In this document: one piece after another, positions 38,917 to 52,690 of the stretch
How positions within the stretch are numbered: the first letter of the stretch is position 1
Layout of the letters: each line of letters starts with the position of its first letter
Source: Octopus sinensis
Lineage: Eukaryota
DNA length: 64,000 nucleotides
Direction of reading: 5' to 3'
Assembly: GCF_006345805.1 (NCBI RefSeq)
Contig: NC_043015.1
Coordinates: 21,576,001 to 21,640,000, forward strand
Notes under the pieces: generated by a model
Database searches by the model: none
Told to the model about the DNA's origin: nothing
What the model saw: the letters and a program-made list of their open reading frames with translations, nothing else
Made by a program: the position numbers and the translations under genes

Positions 38917-40190
38917 CAGGCAAACCTCACCCTACGTCGATAATTGGTTCCAGGAGACACGACTGAAGTCGAATTACCTTGTCTCTAGGATAGGATAGGC
39001 CGAATTTATTTGCCGAATTTATTTGTCTCTGGGCTAAACCGATAGTAACCATTCCCAGGTGAGTACTTTATTTATGAATACATTTTCAATAATACATAGT
39101 TAATTAAAAACACTCTTTTAAGCTTAAAAACAAATAATTTTTATTTTTTAATACTATACAGTAAAGAAAAATTAATCTTTAAGTTACGAATACAATTTGG
39201 CGGTGGTTACCGTACATTCCAGGCGATTTATTTATGAATGCAGTTTCCAATAACACATGGTAAAGTAAAAGCCTCTTTTAAGATTAGAAAACAAATTCAG
39301 TAATTATTATTACTTTGCAGTTGTAAAATAATTAAATAATGTTAAATTTACCAATATCTACATGCAATTTGGTGGCTTACATCGCGGATGTACATAGCTG
39401 TAGAGCGTCAATATCAACACCTGACTCTCGCTGTTCTTGTCCGGCTGAGAGTTCTTGAATTGTTTTCTTTTCGCCAAGGATTACATTATAAGGAGCAAAA
39501 GCTTCGTGACATACCTTCAGGCATAGCTTCTCCCATACACCATTCGTAGCCGTCCTATGTATCTCATTCCAAGCCACTGCTATGTTCTTTACTGCCTAGT
39601 AGATATAGTATCTTTTCGAAATTCACGATGTGTGATGGACTCATCAAGGTCAGTTGCTGCTATTGTTTGCCGGAGCGTACACTTCATATAGTAACGCTTG
39701 AAGGTAGCAATTATTCCCTGATACATTGGTTGCAAAGAGACATGGTGTTAGAAGGGAGGTATACGACGGTAACATTGGGGTAAAATCTACGATGTTCTGC
39801 GGGTGGCCAGGAGCACTATCTAGGATAAATGAAACCTTAAAAGGAATCCCCTTCCCCTTACATCACTTCTCTGCTGCTGGGATAGATTGAAGGCCTAATC
39901 TTCAAAAACAACAACAGTAACCCATGCTTTTGAATTAGCCATCCATATTTTTCTTTGACTGAACTGGTCATCTTCAAATGGCGTACCTCTAATTCTTAGA
40001 ATAGTTCCTATAACCATCTCTGCATGTTTTCCCTTCCCCTTCAACTTCAAGTGTAAAATGAAATAAAAACTGACGACCAGGCTCAGAGCAGACAGTGCAG
40101 CGATCTTCTTTGCTGAGACCTGATAATTTTCTGTAAATTCCATCTATTTCAACCACACCTTTGGGTCCACCTATTCTTCTATCACACGAA
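38917..40190 (-). mobile_element. pogo/Tigger-like DNA transposon remnant (DDE_1 domain and one TIR)
   Basis: WMANSKAWVTVVVFED; ILDSAPGHP; VVYLPSNTMSL-QPMYQGIIATFKRYY; AWNEI..NGVWEKL. Tigger-like terminus TA|CAGGCAAACCTC at 38915-38928. Confidence 0.85.
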
Positions 40191-40199
40191 AGATAGGAG

Positions 40200-40640
40200 A
40201 TCCCGCAAATCTTCTTGCCGGTTTCTTTGTTTAATTTGGTTAATGCTAACATAATTCTTGCCTTTAGTTCATCTTTGGTGTTACAGAGAGTTTCTTGATC
40301 TCTCACCCAACTACGCCCATACAATAATTTAGGGGATTGCAGTATGGGGAGTTACGTGGCAAGATGTTAGGAGTGCTTTGGTCGCTGAAATTTTCTGACA
40401 GCCATGACTGGGTTATTCTGCTTGTGTAGCAAGGTACAGAGTCCTGTTGCCAGACATAATGTCTTCCAGAGCTACCATCCTGACACAGGGCAGCACTACC
40501 TCCTCCAGGCACTTGATGTAGGCCTCCGTGTTGAGTGTGGGGCCGTGTGGGAAGATGAATGGAGGCATAACGTCGTCATCAATTGTAATCACTAAAACAC
40601 CATGATGTTGACTGGCTGTTCGATTTTTATCACTCTCGGT
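40200..40640 (-). mobile_element. Tc1/mariner transposase C-terminal fragment (related to the 62306-63510 type)
   Basis: YVWQQDSVPCYTSRITQSWLSENF..PRNSPYCNPLNY; CNTKDELKARIM. Confidence 0.85.
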
Positions 40641-41699
40641 ACATGTCCTCAGATCACTCTGTCCTCACATTGACACCCAAACACTCTGAAATATTTGTAC
40701 TGGTGTCTCCTGCGGGAATGCCAAGCGTTACAGCATGTCGTTTCCAAATTTGTGGTAGAGTTAATTGCGTTGTTCTGCTGTTTCTCTCAGAGACGGTGCC
40801 CAGCTGACTCTATTATACCGTGTAATCGAGAAAATAAAGAACAAACCATGCGTATGCGCGAAATTAAAAATATAAGATGGCGACAGTTCACCCGTCGCAA
40901 GCTGTATATATATATATATATATATATATACATGCACATGCATATATGTAATTATTTATGTATATCTGTATCTCTTTCTCTCTCTGCCTCTCTGCCCCCA
41001 TCTCTCTCTCTCGCCATATATGCGTATGTGTGTGTATGTGTGTGAGTCGTCAATAGGATAGTCTTCATATCTTTCCATAGAAATCATCTGAATTCGGAAT
41101 GAGGTAGTTATTAACTAAGATGAAATCTGCTGAAAGCTCTTTTCGACATGTTCTCGGCATCGAATAAACACAAGCTAATGAATCTAGCACAAGCAGAGAA
41201 ATGAGTTTATCTAAGCAATTACTGACATTAATTGACATCTAATCACCTGTAAATACATAACATTTTTCATAAATTGTAATTTTTTTTTAGTTTTTATTTA
41301 TTTATTTTTTTGTTACGTTTGGCAATTTCTGTACACGTGATGTTTGCAGATTTCGCAAATTACTTATTACCTCTCTTGTTGTTTTTGTTCTTGTTGTTTT
41401 TGACCAAGTCGGAGATGATCAATCTCATCTATTTCGCACGTCACTGTTGTTGCTGATTTTGTTTGATTGTTGTTGCTGTTTAATGGTTTCTGAAAACTCG
41501 GCGGCGTAATATGAAGAATATTTAACTGCTATTTACTTATATTTCAAACTACACCACAGAGCCTCCTCGTTTCGCACTCGCGTTATCAATATCGTAATTA
41601 TTATCATTGAAAGAAATCCCCCTTCCTTCCCCTCCTCCTCCACATCCTTTTCTTCTTACACCTCATCTTCCTCCTCCTTCAGCATTCTTCTTGTCATTA

Positions 41700-42040
41700 T
41701 TGCTCTGGTAGATTCGGTGAGAGCGGACAGCAACATGCTGTTAGAGGTCCAACAAGGTGTCTTTCCGCACATTATAACCTTTGATAAATGGTTGTTAATT
41801 ATCGTGGAAGTTATTCAACACTCAACTTCCAATCTGGAAATCTTTGCTGTCCCCTGCAGAGCTGCATGTTGGGCCTATTCTGCTCCGATTTTTGTGAAAT
41901 ATATCTCTAACTTGCTTGTTACTGCTCCGAGTGACCCTACCTCTACTCAGATGTTAGACACTTTACTCATAGGCCACATTGTTACAATTTCATATTTTAG
42001 TGAACTGTACTATTCCATCTTTTCTAGTTATTTGTCACTC
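41700..42040 (-). mobile_element. Short 3' fragment of a second R4/Dong-like element
   Basis: The minus strand gives LKYEIVTMWPMSKVSNI*VEVGSLGAVTSKLEIY..KIG..HAALQGTAKIS, the RLE C-terminal tail, followed by a putative 3' UTR. Confidence 0.65.
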
Positions 42041-42054
42041 AAGCGTGTATTCCC

Positions 42055-43540
<1,486 letters not shown>

Positions 43541-43712
43541 TAAAGTCAACCAACAGACAAGTAACAAGCAAATCTGTTGCTGTAGCCCATCTTTTATACC
43601 AAAACAAAACAACGTTCATGATAACACTTCAAATCAGTCAGGATGAAACGCCAAGGAAGTCACCTTCCTCCTCCTCCTCCTCCTCACCATCATCATCATC
43701 ATCATCATCATC

Positions 43713-43804
<92 letters not shown>

Positions 43805-43814
43805 GAGGTATCGA

Positions 43815-43925
43815 GTGGGCGGAATCGTTAGCACGACGGACAAAATGCTTAGCGGCATTTCTTCCGTGTTGACACTCGCTAACATCGACTTTGCTTTTTA
43901 TATCTTCTCGGACGTTAAAAAATAA
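43815..43925 (+). mobile_element. Truncated copy of the second SINE-like family
   Basis: GAATCGTTAGCACGACGGACAAAATGCTTAGCGGCATTTC..CGACTTTGC. Confidence 0.55.
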
Positions 43926-44688
43926 CAGGGTTCGATTTAATGCATTTAGAATTATACAAAATATTCTGTTCTTGAACAAAAGTAAGCGGGATGATACATT
44001 CGCTATAGCTTTGGTTAGAATGCCATATCGGTATTTGTTCCTAATGTCTGCAATTCTGGTTCAGATTCGGCCAGATTTGTCTTGCATTATTTCAGAACCG
44101 ATAAAAATGAGCTGTAGGTTGCTTCCGCCAGCTTCGATAACTATTGAAGAGGAGTATGATAACATGTCCACTTGACAAAATCAATAACATCAGTTGCAAA
44201 ATCTGTAGCAATACGCAAAAAGTATTTTCGAATAATTTGTTGCCTTTCGAATTTAATACTTCCCTGACAAATAAAAGGAACCAAGAAAAATGTAATAAAA
44301 AAAAAGTAATTTGTGGTAATTTTTTAGCCTCATATTTTAACAAAATAACAGCTGGTAAATTAGTATAGTTGTAAAGAAAAAGTGGTACAGAATGCAGCTG
44401 TACAGGTTGCTTTCTGATGTTATGGCTAACTTCCATATACATAGTTGAGCGGTCGATAAATTTCGACTTATATTACTGAGCTCTCTCTATATATCTTGCT
44501 CTCCCTACCCCTCTCTCTCTCTGTCATTCTGATTCATTGGGTGTGTTTATGGGCGCTGAAAAAGGAAGGTTGTGTTCCTGGTTTCGTTTATCCGATTTTT
44601 TCGTAACAAATTTAGGCAGAGAAAGGGAAAGAGCAGGCTATCTCTCTGTTTCATCAATTCCCCATACATACAATTATGTATGTGTGTG

Positions 44689-44722
<34 letters not shown>

Positions 44723-45504
44723 TAATATATAATATATAATATATATATATATATATATATACATATATATGTGTGTGTATGAGTGTGTGTATATATATAT
44801 GTATACGTTATAGATATGTATATTGGTACACACACAAATACATATTCACTCACACCCACACGCTCACACACATGTGTATTCATGGAGTGAGAGTGTCTGT
44901 AGTACCCAGGATTGGCTGCATTAAATTTGACGGCAGAGAATGGGGGACAGGCCGACAGATAAAATGGGAAGATACACGCTTGCATGCGTATGTCCAAATA
45001 CATGCCTGTAGTCATATAGTATACTTACGATAGGGTGAGGAAAGCAATGGAGAGGAAAGAAATAAGTGAAAATACCACAAAAAAACACAGAAAGAAACAG
45101 AAAAAATACAAGGAATAATTGTCATGGATTGCTGCACATGCTCAGTGATGCAAAGCTTAGAACATTTTACATCTTCGTAAATATCACAGTAATACAAGCA
45201 GCTATTTCGAGAATTTTTCATTCCAATAATCTATTTCTATTATTGATAGTATTTTTATTGGCGCTGTGTATAAGCCTTTAGCTTGGCATGGAGAGTAGAG
45301 CGCCGTCTAGTAACTATATTTCCATTTCTCTATTTTTGAGTTCAAATCATTTGGCTTTCACTTATCAATGCTAGTAATGTTTGGGGGAAAGGATTTTAGA
45401 CCAAGACGTCGTTCTCTCTGCTCAACTGGTGTTAATTTAATCGAACCCGGAAAGATGAACTGTGAAGTTTATCTCGGCAAAATTTCAACTTAATAAGTAA
45501 AAGG

Positions 45505-45680
45505 AGATGAAATGCTTAGCAGTATTTCGTCCGCTCTTTACGTTATGAGTTCAAGTTCCGCCGAGATCGACTTTGCCGTTTATCCTTTCGATGAAATAAA
45601 TACCAGTTGTGTACTGTGAACGATGTCATCGACTATCTCCCTCGCGAACGTTTCGGACATTGTGGCCTATGTTTGTAAGG
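45505..45680 (+). mobile_element. Second SINE-like family copy
   Basis: GAAATGCTTAGCAGTATTTCGTCCG..GAGTTCAAGTTCCGCCGAGATCGACTTTGCC. Confidence 0.7.
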
Positions 45681-45961
45681 ATTGTTTAATCGTTACAATT
45701 ATTTACAGAAATCAGAATTTCAATGCGAACGAAGCAGTTTCGAGAGCGTTTCTGTTTTCCGCAACACTTCACTCTCTTTCTCACACGCAAGTGTTTCATT
45801 CGAGATGTGATGCTTCTTCTAGAAAGCCGAAGGTCCAAATACCCTATACTTTATTTCTAACGCGTACGAAATACTGCGATGCTACACTGAGCACATTGCG
45901 ATGACCTCAAGCTAATTTCGTTTATTTTCCTGCATCCAACCACATACATGTACATGTGTCC

Positions 45962-46017
<56 letters not shown>

Positions 46018-46236
46018 CAGAGTAAGCAGATAAATGCGAAACAAGGAGGAGAATATACCACTCGAATACCAGAGGTAGAGTAATATGCTTTATGAAAAAA
46101 CAGTAAAAATATCACAAAAACTTTTACTCAGCGTTTCACTTTCTCGTCCCAACGGGAACGTGAAATTTTGAGTAGCAGCTTTTGTGATATTTTTGCTGCT
46201 TTTTTTGTAAAAATTTATATATATATATATATATAT

Positions 46237-46270
<34 letters not shown>

Positions 46271-46273
<3 letters not shown>

Positions 46274-46907
46274 AACAAGGGTACTAGATAGTACCATCGT
46301 TGCTGGAGATAAGAGAGCGACTCAATTGGCCAAAATTGCAATAACACTTAACAAGCTAACGAAGTCGGAGATCGAGAAAAATAGATAACATACCAAAACG
46401 AGTGACAATCGTAGATGAAATTGCAGATATCCCCATATCACATGATTTCGAACTCAACGATGTTTCTGTTACTTCTCCCCAGTGGGTCTTGCGACATGGA
46501 GCTAAAATGTTACTCGCCTCGTTACAAGCTTTGCTAAATAGCCAACTGTACTAATATTATTTATTAATAATATCGTTATTTATAATTATACACTACTAAT
46601 TATACAGTGAATTTGGCGCTAGCCTTTAACACATGTAACAAGCTTGCACGAGGCGAGTTACCATTTAGCCTCAGGCAGCGAGACCCACTGTAGAGAGCTA
46701 AGAGAAATATCTCAGATTTCGAAACCACGAGATATTGGTATATCTGCAATTTCATTTGCGATTGTCCTTCCTTTTGCTATGCTGGCTATTTTCCTCGCTC
46801 CTCCTACTTCGCCAGCTTGTTAACTTTTAGTGTTATTGTGTTCTAATTGAGTCGCTTTTGACTCTTATTTCAAGCAACGCTGGTATTATCTAGTACCCTT
46901 CTTTATA
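46271..46907. mobile_element. Foldback/MITE-like element: about 260-bp diverged inverted arms around a 108-bp AT-rich spacer
   Basis: 46271-46531 aligns to the reverse complement of 46640-46907 (AAGGGTACTAGATA, GCGACTCAATT, ATGAAATTGCAGATAT, CAGTGGGTCT, ACTCGCCTCG blocks). The left end abuts (TA)n. Confidence 0.75.
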
Positions 46908-47849
46908 CATTTGCCTTCTGTTTCTTTTTTCTGCTAAGTTGCCACCTATGTTATTATTATTTATTGATAATATTATATCTGTACAAACCCTACTCGAAAA
47001 AATGCATTGTTCAGTAAACTAGGAGGCTTCACGGGGTGAGCTGCTAACTCGTGTTGAGAGTTTGGCAATTGTTTCTAACGGGACAATATGGAGGATATAC
47101 CTCAAACCTCTACCCTCAACGATCCTCCCAGGAATACTAGTCGGAAAATTAGCTTGGAAAACTAATGGGTCCTCTTGCTTTCATTTATAATTTATCTTTA
47201 GCTTTGCAGATTTGTTTTCCGTGGATTTTGTCTTAACCATACATTCGTATTACTTATGTTTAGCGAATAGAAGTCCCGAAGGTAAATTACGCGAAGTTAC
47301 AAGAATATAACAAAACAGAAAAAGAAACTGTCACGTTGTCAATGACATAATAACAATGCAAATAAATGAAAATAATTTATTAATTTAAGCTACTATTCTC
47401 CACTTTCTTTTGGGATTTCTGCTGCTTCCTACAGCTGTTGTTATTGCCGCTGTTATTTCGTTTTTGCTACTTCGCCGTTGATATTGCTTCTGTCGATGTT
47501 GTTGACGCTAATTCTGTTACTGTTTCTCTTGATATTCCTTCTATTCCTGCAGATGCCACTTATCATAATGTTCAATATACATTATTCATTGCGTAACACG
47601 TTAGCAATCCCTGTCGCAGCTGACACGACAAATTATATTCCAGCTGCTGTTGCAGTTGCAACGAATGGTTTAGTGATTTTTGCAGCAGCTTTCTCAAACA
47701 GCTGTTCTAATAGTATTTCAGCGCCCCCTTCGGTTCCTCAATCTCACATCTGAACATTTTGTAGTTAATTATATTTATATTATTCATGAATTCACTTCAT
47801 TTTTGCCTATTCGGATAAAAAACAAAATTAAATGAACGGATATTCATTC

Positions 47850-49640
47850 AGACTTGTAAAGCTTTCTTATTATGATTTTCAGCACTGCTTAAGTAGTGTA
47901 CCATGTCACCAGTTCCATTTTCCTTTATGTTAAAAGTTCTTAACCAGAGATATTGACTATTGTCTGAGTATTTTCCTTTTTCCCTGCAACCATGATTTTT
48001 GCATAACTTCATGTAACTCAGTATTAACGTAACTATGGATAAGCTTATCATAATTCTCCACGAGCTTTGGCTGAAATACCTGCATAGCTCTACTCTTTGA
48101 CTGGGGTTAAGTCAATGCTACGATTGGTTGCTTCGTGCAAATGTAGTTATCAAGTGCTCGCAGTTCTGTTCAAGTTGCACAATGTGGTCGAAAATATGGC
48201 ATCCAATTCTGTATAGGATCAACAATGGAGAGGTGCTCCGACTCTCTGGGTGAAGCTCACGACACAGAAGTAATAAACGATCTTGAGAACGTTTATTTTA
48301 ATTACTGTGTATAAAACATCCAGAAATTCCTGCTTTTAGGGCAATTGTGAATTTGAAAGAAGCTTTAAGAAGACCATCAGTTGGGACAACCCAAAGGCGC
48401 TCACATTGACGCAATTATATTCAGTGTCTGAGCATTGTTTGCCTTCAGAGTTATGCTTAACAGCTGTTGCGGCTCTTAGAAAAGATGTGGCAATCAGCTG
48501 AGTCTGTCTCGAAGCGTACCTAATCGATTTGTTCTTGTTGAGAATGGTAGGCTGTTTCACTCTATCTGGTGAAAGATATTGTGTGGTGAATGATAGGGCT
48601 GATGATAGGTATTTCTTCTCAAGGAGAATTCTTTCCACATCCTACATTGCAGTATAATTTCACCAGACTTTTCTCTGCAAATGTTCATAATACTGTGTAA
48701 TTTCCTATATATAAATGCATACCAACTTCTTAATGAGTGTACATGAATTTTCTTTCAGTTAGGATTAACTACCCTGAAACAATATTGTTGTTTCTCTCCA
48801 GCCTCGTCCTATTCTTTAGTTACATAATATCTTTTTCATTCCATTTTTTTTGCCGTTCATTTGAGGTAAGATTTTGATTCTTCAGTCTCAGGTTTATAAT
48901 TCTTCTTTGTCTTTTCCTGTTCAGCTAATTGTTTTCAGTTATTTCCAGTTACTTTCTATTTACCGATTTTTCTCCGCATCCTTTTAGTACAACATTCTGA
49001 AATCTTATTATTAAATTTGTATTTTTTTAAATATATTTACTTACTTAGTTATTTGTTTATTTATATTGTAACAACTTCGGTCGTTTTAGTTTTCCCATCA
49101 CAAATAACTGTCATTTCTTCTCATATTCTCTATTAGCTGCCTTTACATAAGAAACACCCTTAGTTTTGTTTGTGTTTGTAGTTCTTTGATTACTTTTTCA
49201 ATGGTCTGTATTAGATATTTTATAGTCCTACAACAGCTATTGTTTAATAATATTCTAGTTACAAAAGTCCTTCCTGTATATTCGCAGAACATATTGTTTT
49301 CCCCAGGTTTCTTTTGATGTACGATTTATACAGTCAAGGTTCGTCCTATTTTTTGTCTTCCAGGTAAGAATATTATAACAATAACCTAAAATGGAGTAGC
49401 TTGAAAATTAATGCAATTTACCTGTTTCCACATGTCAATCAATTTTAAGTATTTATCTGATGTCGCTATAACATTTTACCCATGCCGTTTCTTTCATTTA
49501 TACGTTGTAATATTCACTTATTTCCTTATTTCTGTAGAATAAATGATCTGTTCCAGATGTTAGGTTTTCTCCACCACCGTGTTATTTGAAGCAAAGTTTT
49601 ATGAGCTGCAAGATCGCATTGTTTTCAGAGCGTTTTGCAA
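47850..49640 (-). mobile_element. Highly decayed APE/RT LINE remnant (RTE-like?)
   Basis: Only fragmentary motif resemblance after manual frameshifting (TRW, SLICH, post-catalytic RT region); many stops. Confidence 0.3.
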
Positions 49641-50225
49641 CAATATTCTTGCGTAAGAAAATTAAAATTTCGCTTTAGTGAAGCAAAGTTAATCATGTCA
49701 GGCAATCATTATTTGAGGGAATATTGAGGGATATTTCTGTAATATCGATAACTAAATTTGCGAAGAGGCCACGCAGTCAAAGTGGCGATGGACGGTAAAA
49801 AGCGTGCTTTTTTAGTCATCTCTGGAATCAATCCTCTCTCTCTCTCCCTCTCGCTCCCTTTCCCTTTCACACATTCTCTCTCTATCTCTCTATATATATG
49901 CACACATACACGCACTCAAAGAGAGAGAGAGAGTGAGAAAGAGAGAGAGAGAGTGCGCATGGGCTAGCGTTCATACTGTAGCACTCACGATCGCAATATC
50001 GTGGTTTCATTTTCAATTTCTGGACGAGGTGGCACACTGTGTCCTGGGGCACAATAGTCCATCTCTTGTTGCTCTGCGATCACTTGGAAACTCGACGTGT
50101 GGCACACCGTTCACCTGTTGCTGCAACGTCATGTTGATGAAAGCAGTGAGCTAATGGACATCACTATAAAAACAAATCAATTTCTCTCTCTCTCTCTATC
50201 TCTCTCCACACACACACACACACAC

Positions 50226-50259
<34 letters not shown>

Positions 50260-50890
50260 GATGGTGTATGTATGTACATGCCCTTTGCGAATGAAGTCTC
50301 TGAAATATTTGTTATACATCTTGATAAAGACATTAATTTGTGATAGTCATTACGGAAAATGCAATGCAGTTGCTACTGATTTTATTGTTCACCTTTAATT
50401 AACGACGTTATTATAAAAAAATCCAGTGTAAAATAAATCGTTTCTACCATAGGCACGATAAAGTATATGACTAGTCAACTTGCTCTCGGTGGAGTTTGAA
50501 CTAAGGGCGACAATCGGGAATAAGTGCAGTATTTCATTTGACTTGCTAAAGATATTGCTAGCTCAACACAATATTCTGATTCGAAAGCAATAATGATTAA
50601 GAAAATATTCAAATTCATTGATCTGACAATATTTGTGACATTATAAGCATTCCCTGCGTACTGAATCGTATCCTTCAATTTGTTGTTTGAGTTACCCCAA
50701 CAGTTTCCATCCAGGAGAGTAAAGGTACCCCGGCTCTACCTATCATATCTTTTGCGTTTCGTAGAGATACAGGCGTAGGTTATTTAGTAGTATATGATCA
50801 CAGGGGATATTTTAAAGATACCAATGTTTAAATATGGAGATGTGGTTGGTATGTTCTGTAATGGGCTACAGTTTATACGTAAACACATAC

Positions 50891-50948
<58 letters not shown>

Positions 50949-51008
50949 CGTTTGTCTGTCAATCTGTCTGTCTGTCACTCCCTCTTTCTCTATTTGTATG
51001 TATATATA

Positions 51009-51048
<40 letters not shown>

Positions 51049-51356
51049 CATCCGGTAAATGGCAAACTTCTGCATTTCGGGAAAGAAAAGTTTTTTCGGA
51101 ATAAAAATTTAGCAATTAAGGACAACCTCTTGATAAGGAAAACTTAACAAGAAATTATCAGGTAGATAGCGTGAAAGACCTCATAAGAGAAAAAATTTCG
51201 AAAATAATTCTTTCTTATTGAACATATTAATTTATATATAGAGGGCATTATTATACATACATGCCACACGCTACGAGGGACAATTAGTCATTTCTACCAA
51301 ACATTTTACTAATCCCACCGAATGCAATTTTTCAAAGTAAGACATTTAAAAATATA

Positions 51357-51403
51357 GACTTGTATCACTTGTGATTTCATACCTCTGTATTCATCAGCAA
51401 GCC
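51357..51403 (-). ncRNA. Minimal type-I hammerhead ribozyme, fully canonical core
   Basis: The minus strand reads GGCTTG-CTGATGA-ATAC agag GTAT-GAAA-TCAC aa GTGA-TA-CAAGTC: stem I 6 bp, stem II 4 bp, stem III 4 bp plus A-U, NUH triplet AUA. Confidence 0.85.
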
Positions 51404-51762
51404 TGAACGTATCATAAATAAACGACCCTACCTCGTCTAAGCCGAGCAGCTAACTGATCAACATCAACGAAGCACATGCGTGAGTTTACATATATTACAT
51501 CCGGTAAATGGCAGACTTTTACGAATTGCATTTCGGGAGGGAAAGTTTTTCGGAATAAAAATTTAGCAATTAAGGACAACCTCTTGATAAGGAAAACTTA
51601 ACAAGAAATTATCAGGTAGATAGCGTGAAAGACCTCATAAGAGAAAAAATTTCGAAAATAATTCTTTCTTATTGAACATATACACAAGCACACACACATA
51701 CATACACATGCATATATATGTATATATATATACATAAATATATATATACATATATATATATG

Positions 51763-51794
<32 letters not shown>

Positions 51795-52504
51795 AATGTA
51801 TATATATATATATATATATACATACACACATACATACGTATACAGAAATGTATACACACAGATGCGTATAAAAGAATAAACACACCTAAATATTTAAACC
51901 TAACAAAATATTTTCGCATGCATTCGAATTCTTGTTTATTTTAACTTAACTTTCAAAACTGTGCATTTCCAATATTTCAATATTTGTATTTGGACACTTA
52001 AGTTTGTTTTTGCCATGAAGTCTTAATCCTCTCGTTTGGCACTGCATGGGAATCGCAACATCAGCAGAATGTTATTGCTGTTGTCGTCGTAGCTGCAGAG
52101 ATTTGTTTTCTCTTGGAGCTGGCAACATTGATTTTGTGCTACACTAGAAAATGCGACCGTTTTTATTTTTCAGGCAAAATATAGGGATATGTTGCCACAT
52201 AATATGCATATGTTGCTCAAATACAGTAAATGTTTAAATGTAAAAAATAAAATCTGGATTCACTCAAGGAATACTCGATTATTCAACTTTATAATATTCC
52301 CTCACAAGCATTTTTTATCGATTAACAAAGCAGGTGCATAACCCTATATTTAGGGAGTGTATACACAAGTTAAGTGTCCTTGGTGTTTGACTAGAGCATT
52401 ATATTATCTACCCTTTAAAAATCCTTTCTAATTATGTTAGTAGGATAGCTTTTTAGATAGGACGAGTAATTCGAATTCATGAACTCCAGTGAGAAGCTGG
52501 TATA

Positions 52505-52690
52505 TATTTTATCGAAACAATTCCAAAATACTCCTTTCTACTCTAGTCACATGTCTTGAGATTTGGGGGAGGGCCTAGTCAATTACATTGACGGCTTTGC
52601 ACAATTAATATTTGTTTCAGTGACATCGAAAGGATGAAAATGTCAAGGACTACCTCTAAGAAATTCGAACTCCGAACGTAAGCACGTCTC
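52505..52690 (-). mobile_element. Diverged copy of the second SINE-like family
   Basis: Reverse-complement similarity to 10410-10597 (GAAAGGATGAAA, TTCGAACTC). Confidence 0.5.

Noticed and set aside
40140-40180. IGGPKGVVEIDG resembling a Merlin/IS1595 transposase motif
   Set aside because: Isolated match at the junction between the pogo and mariner remnants; no further Merlin motifs follow.
52173-52230. 52-bp candidate exon with plausible AG/GT sites
   Set aside because: No recognisable peptide and no partner exons; such sites are common by chance in AT-rich DNA.
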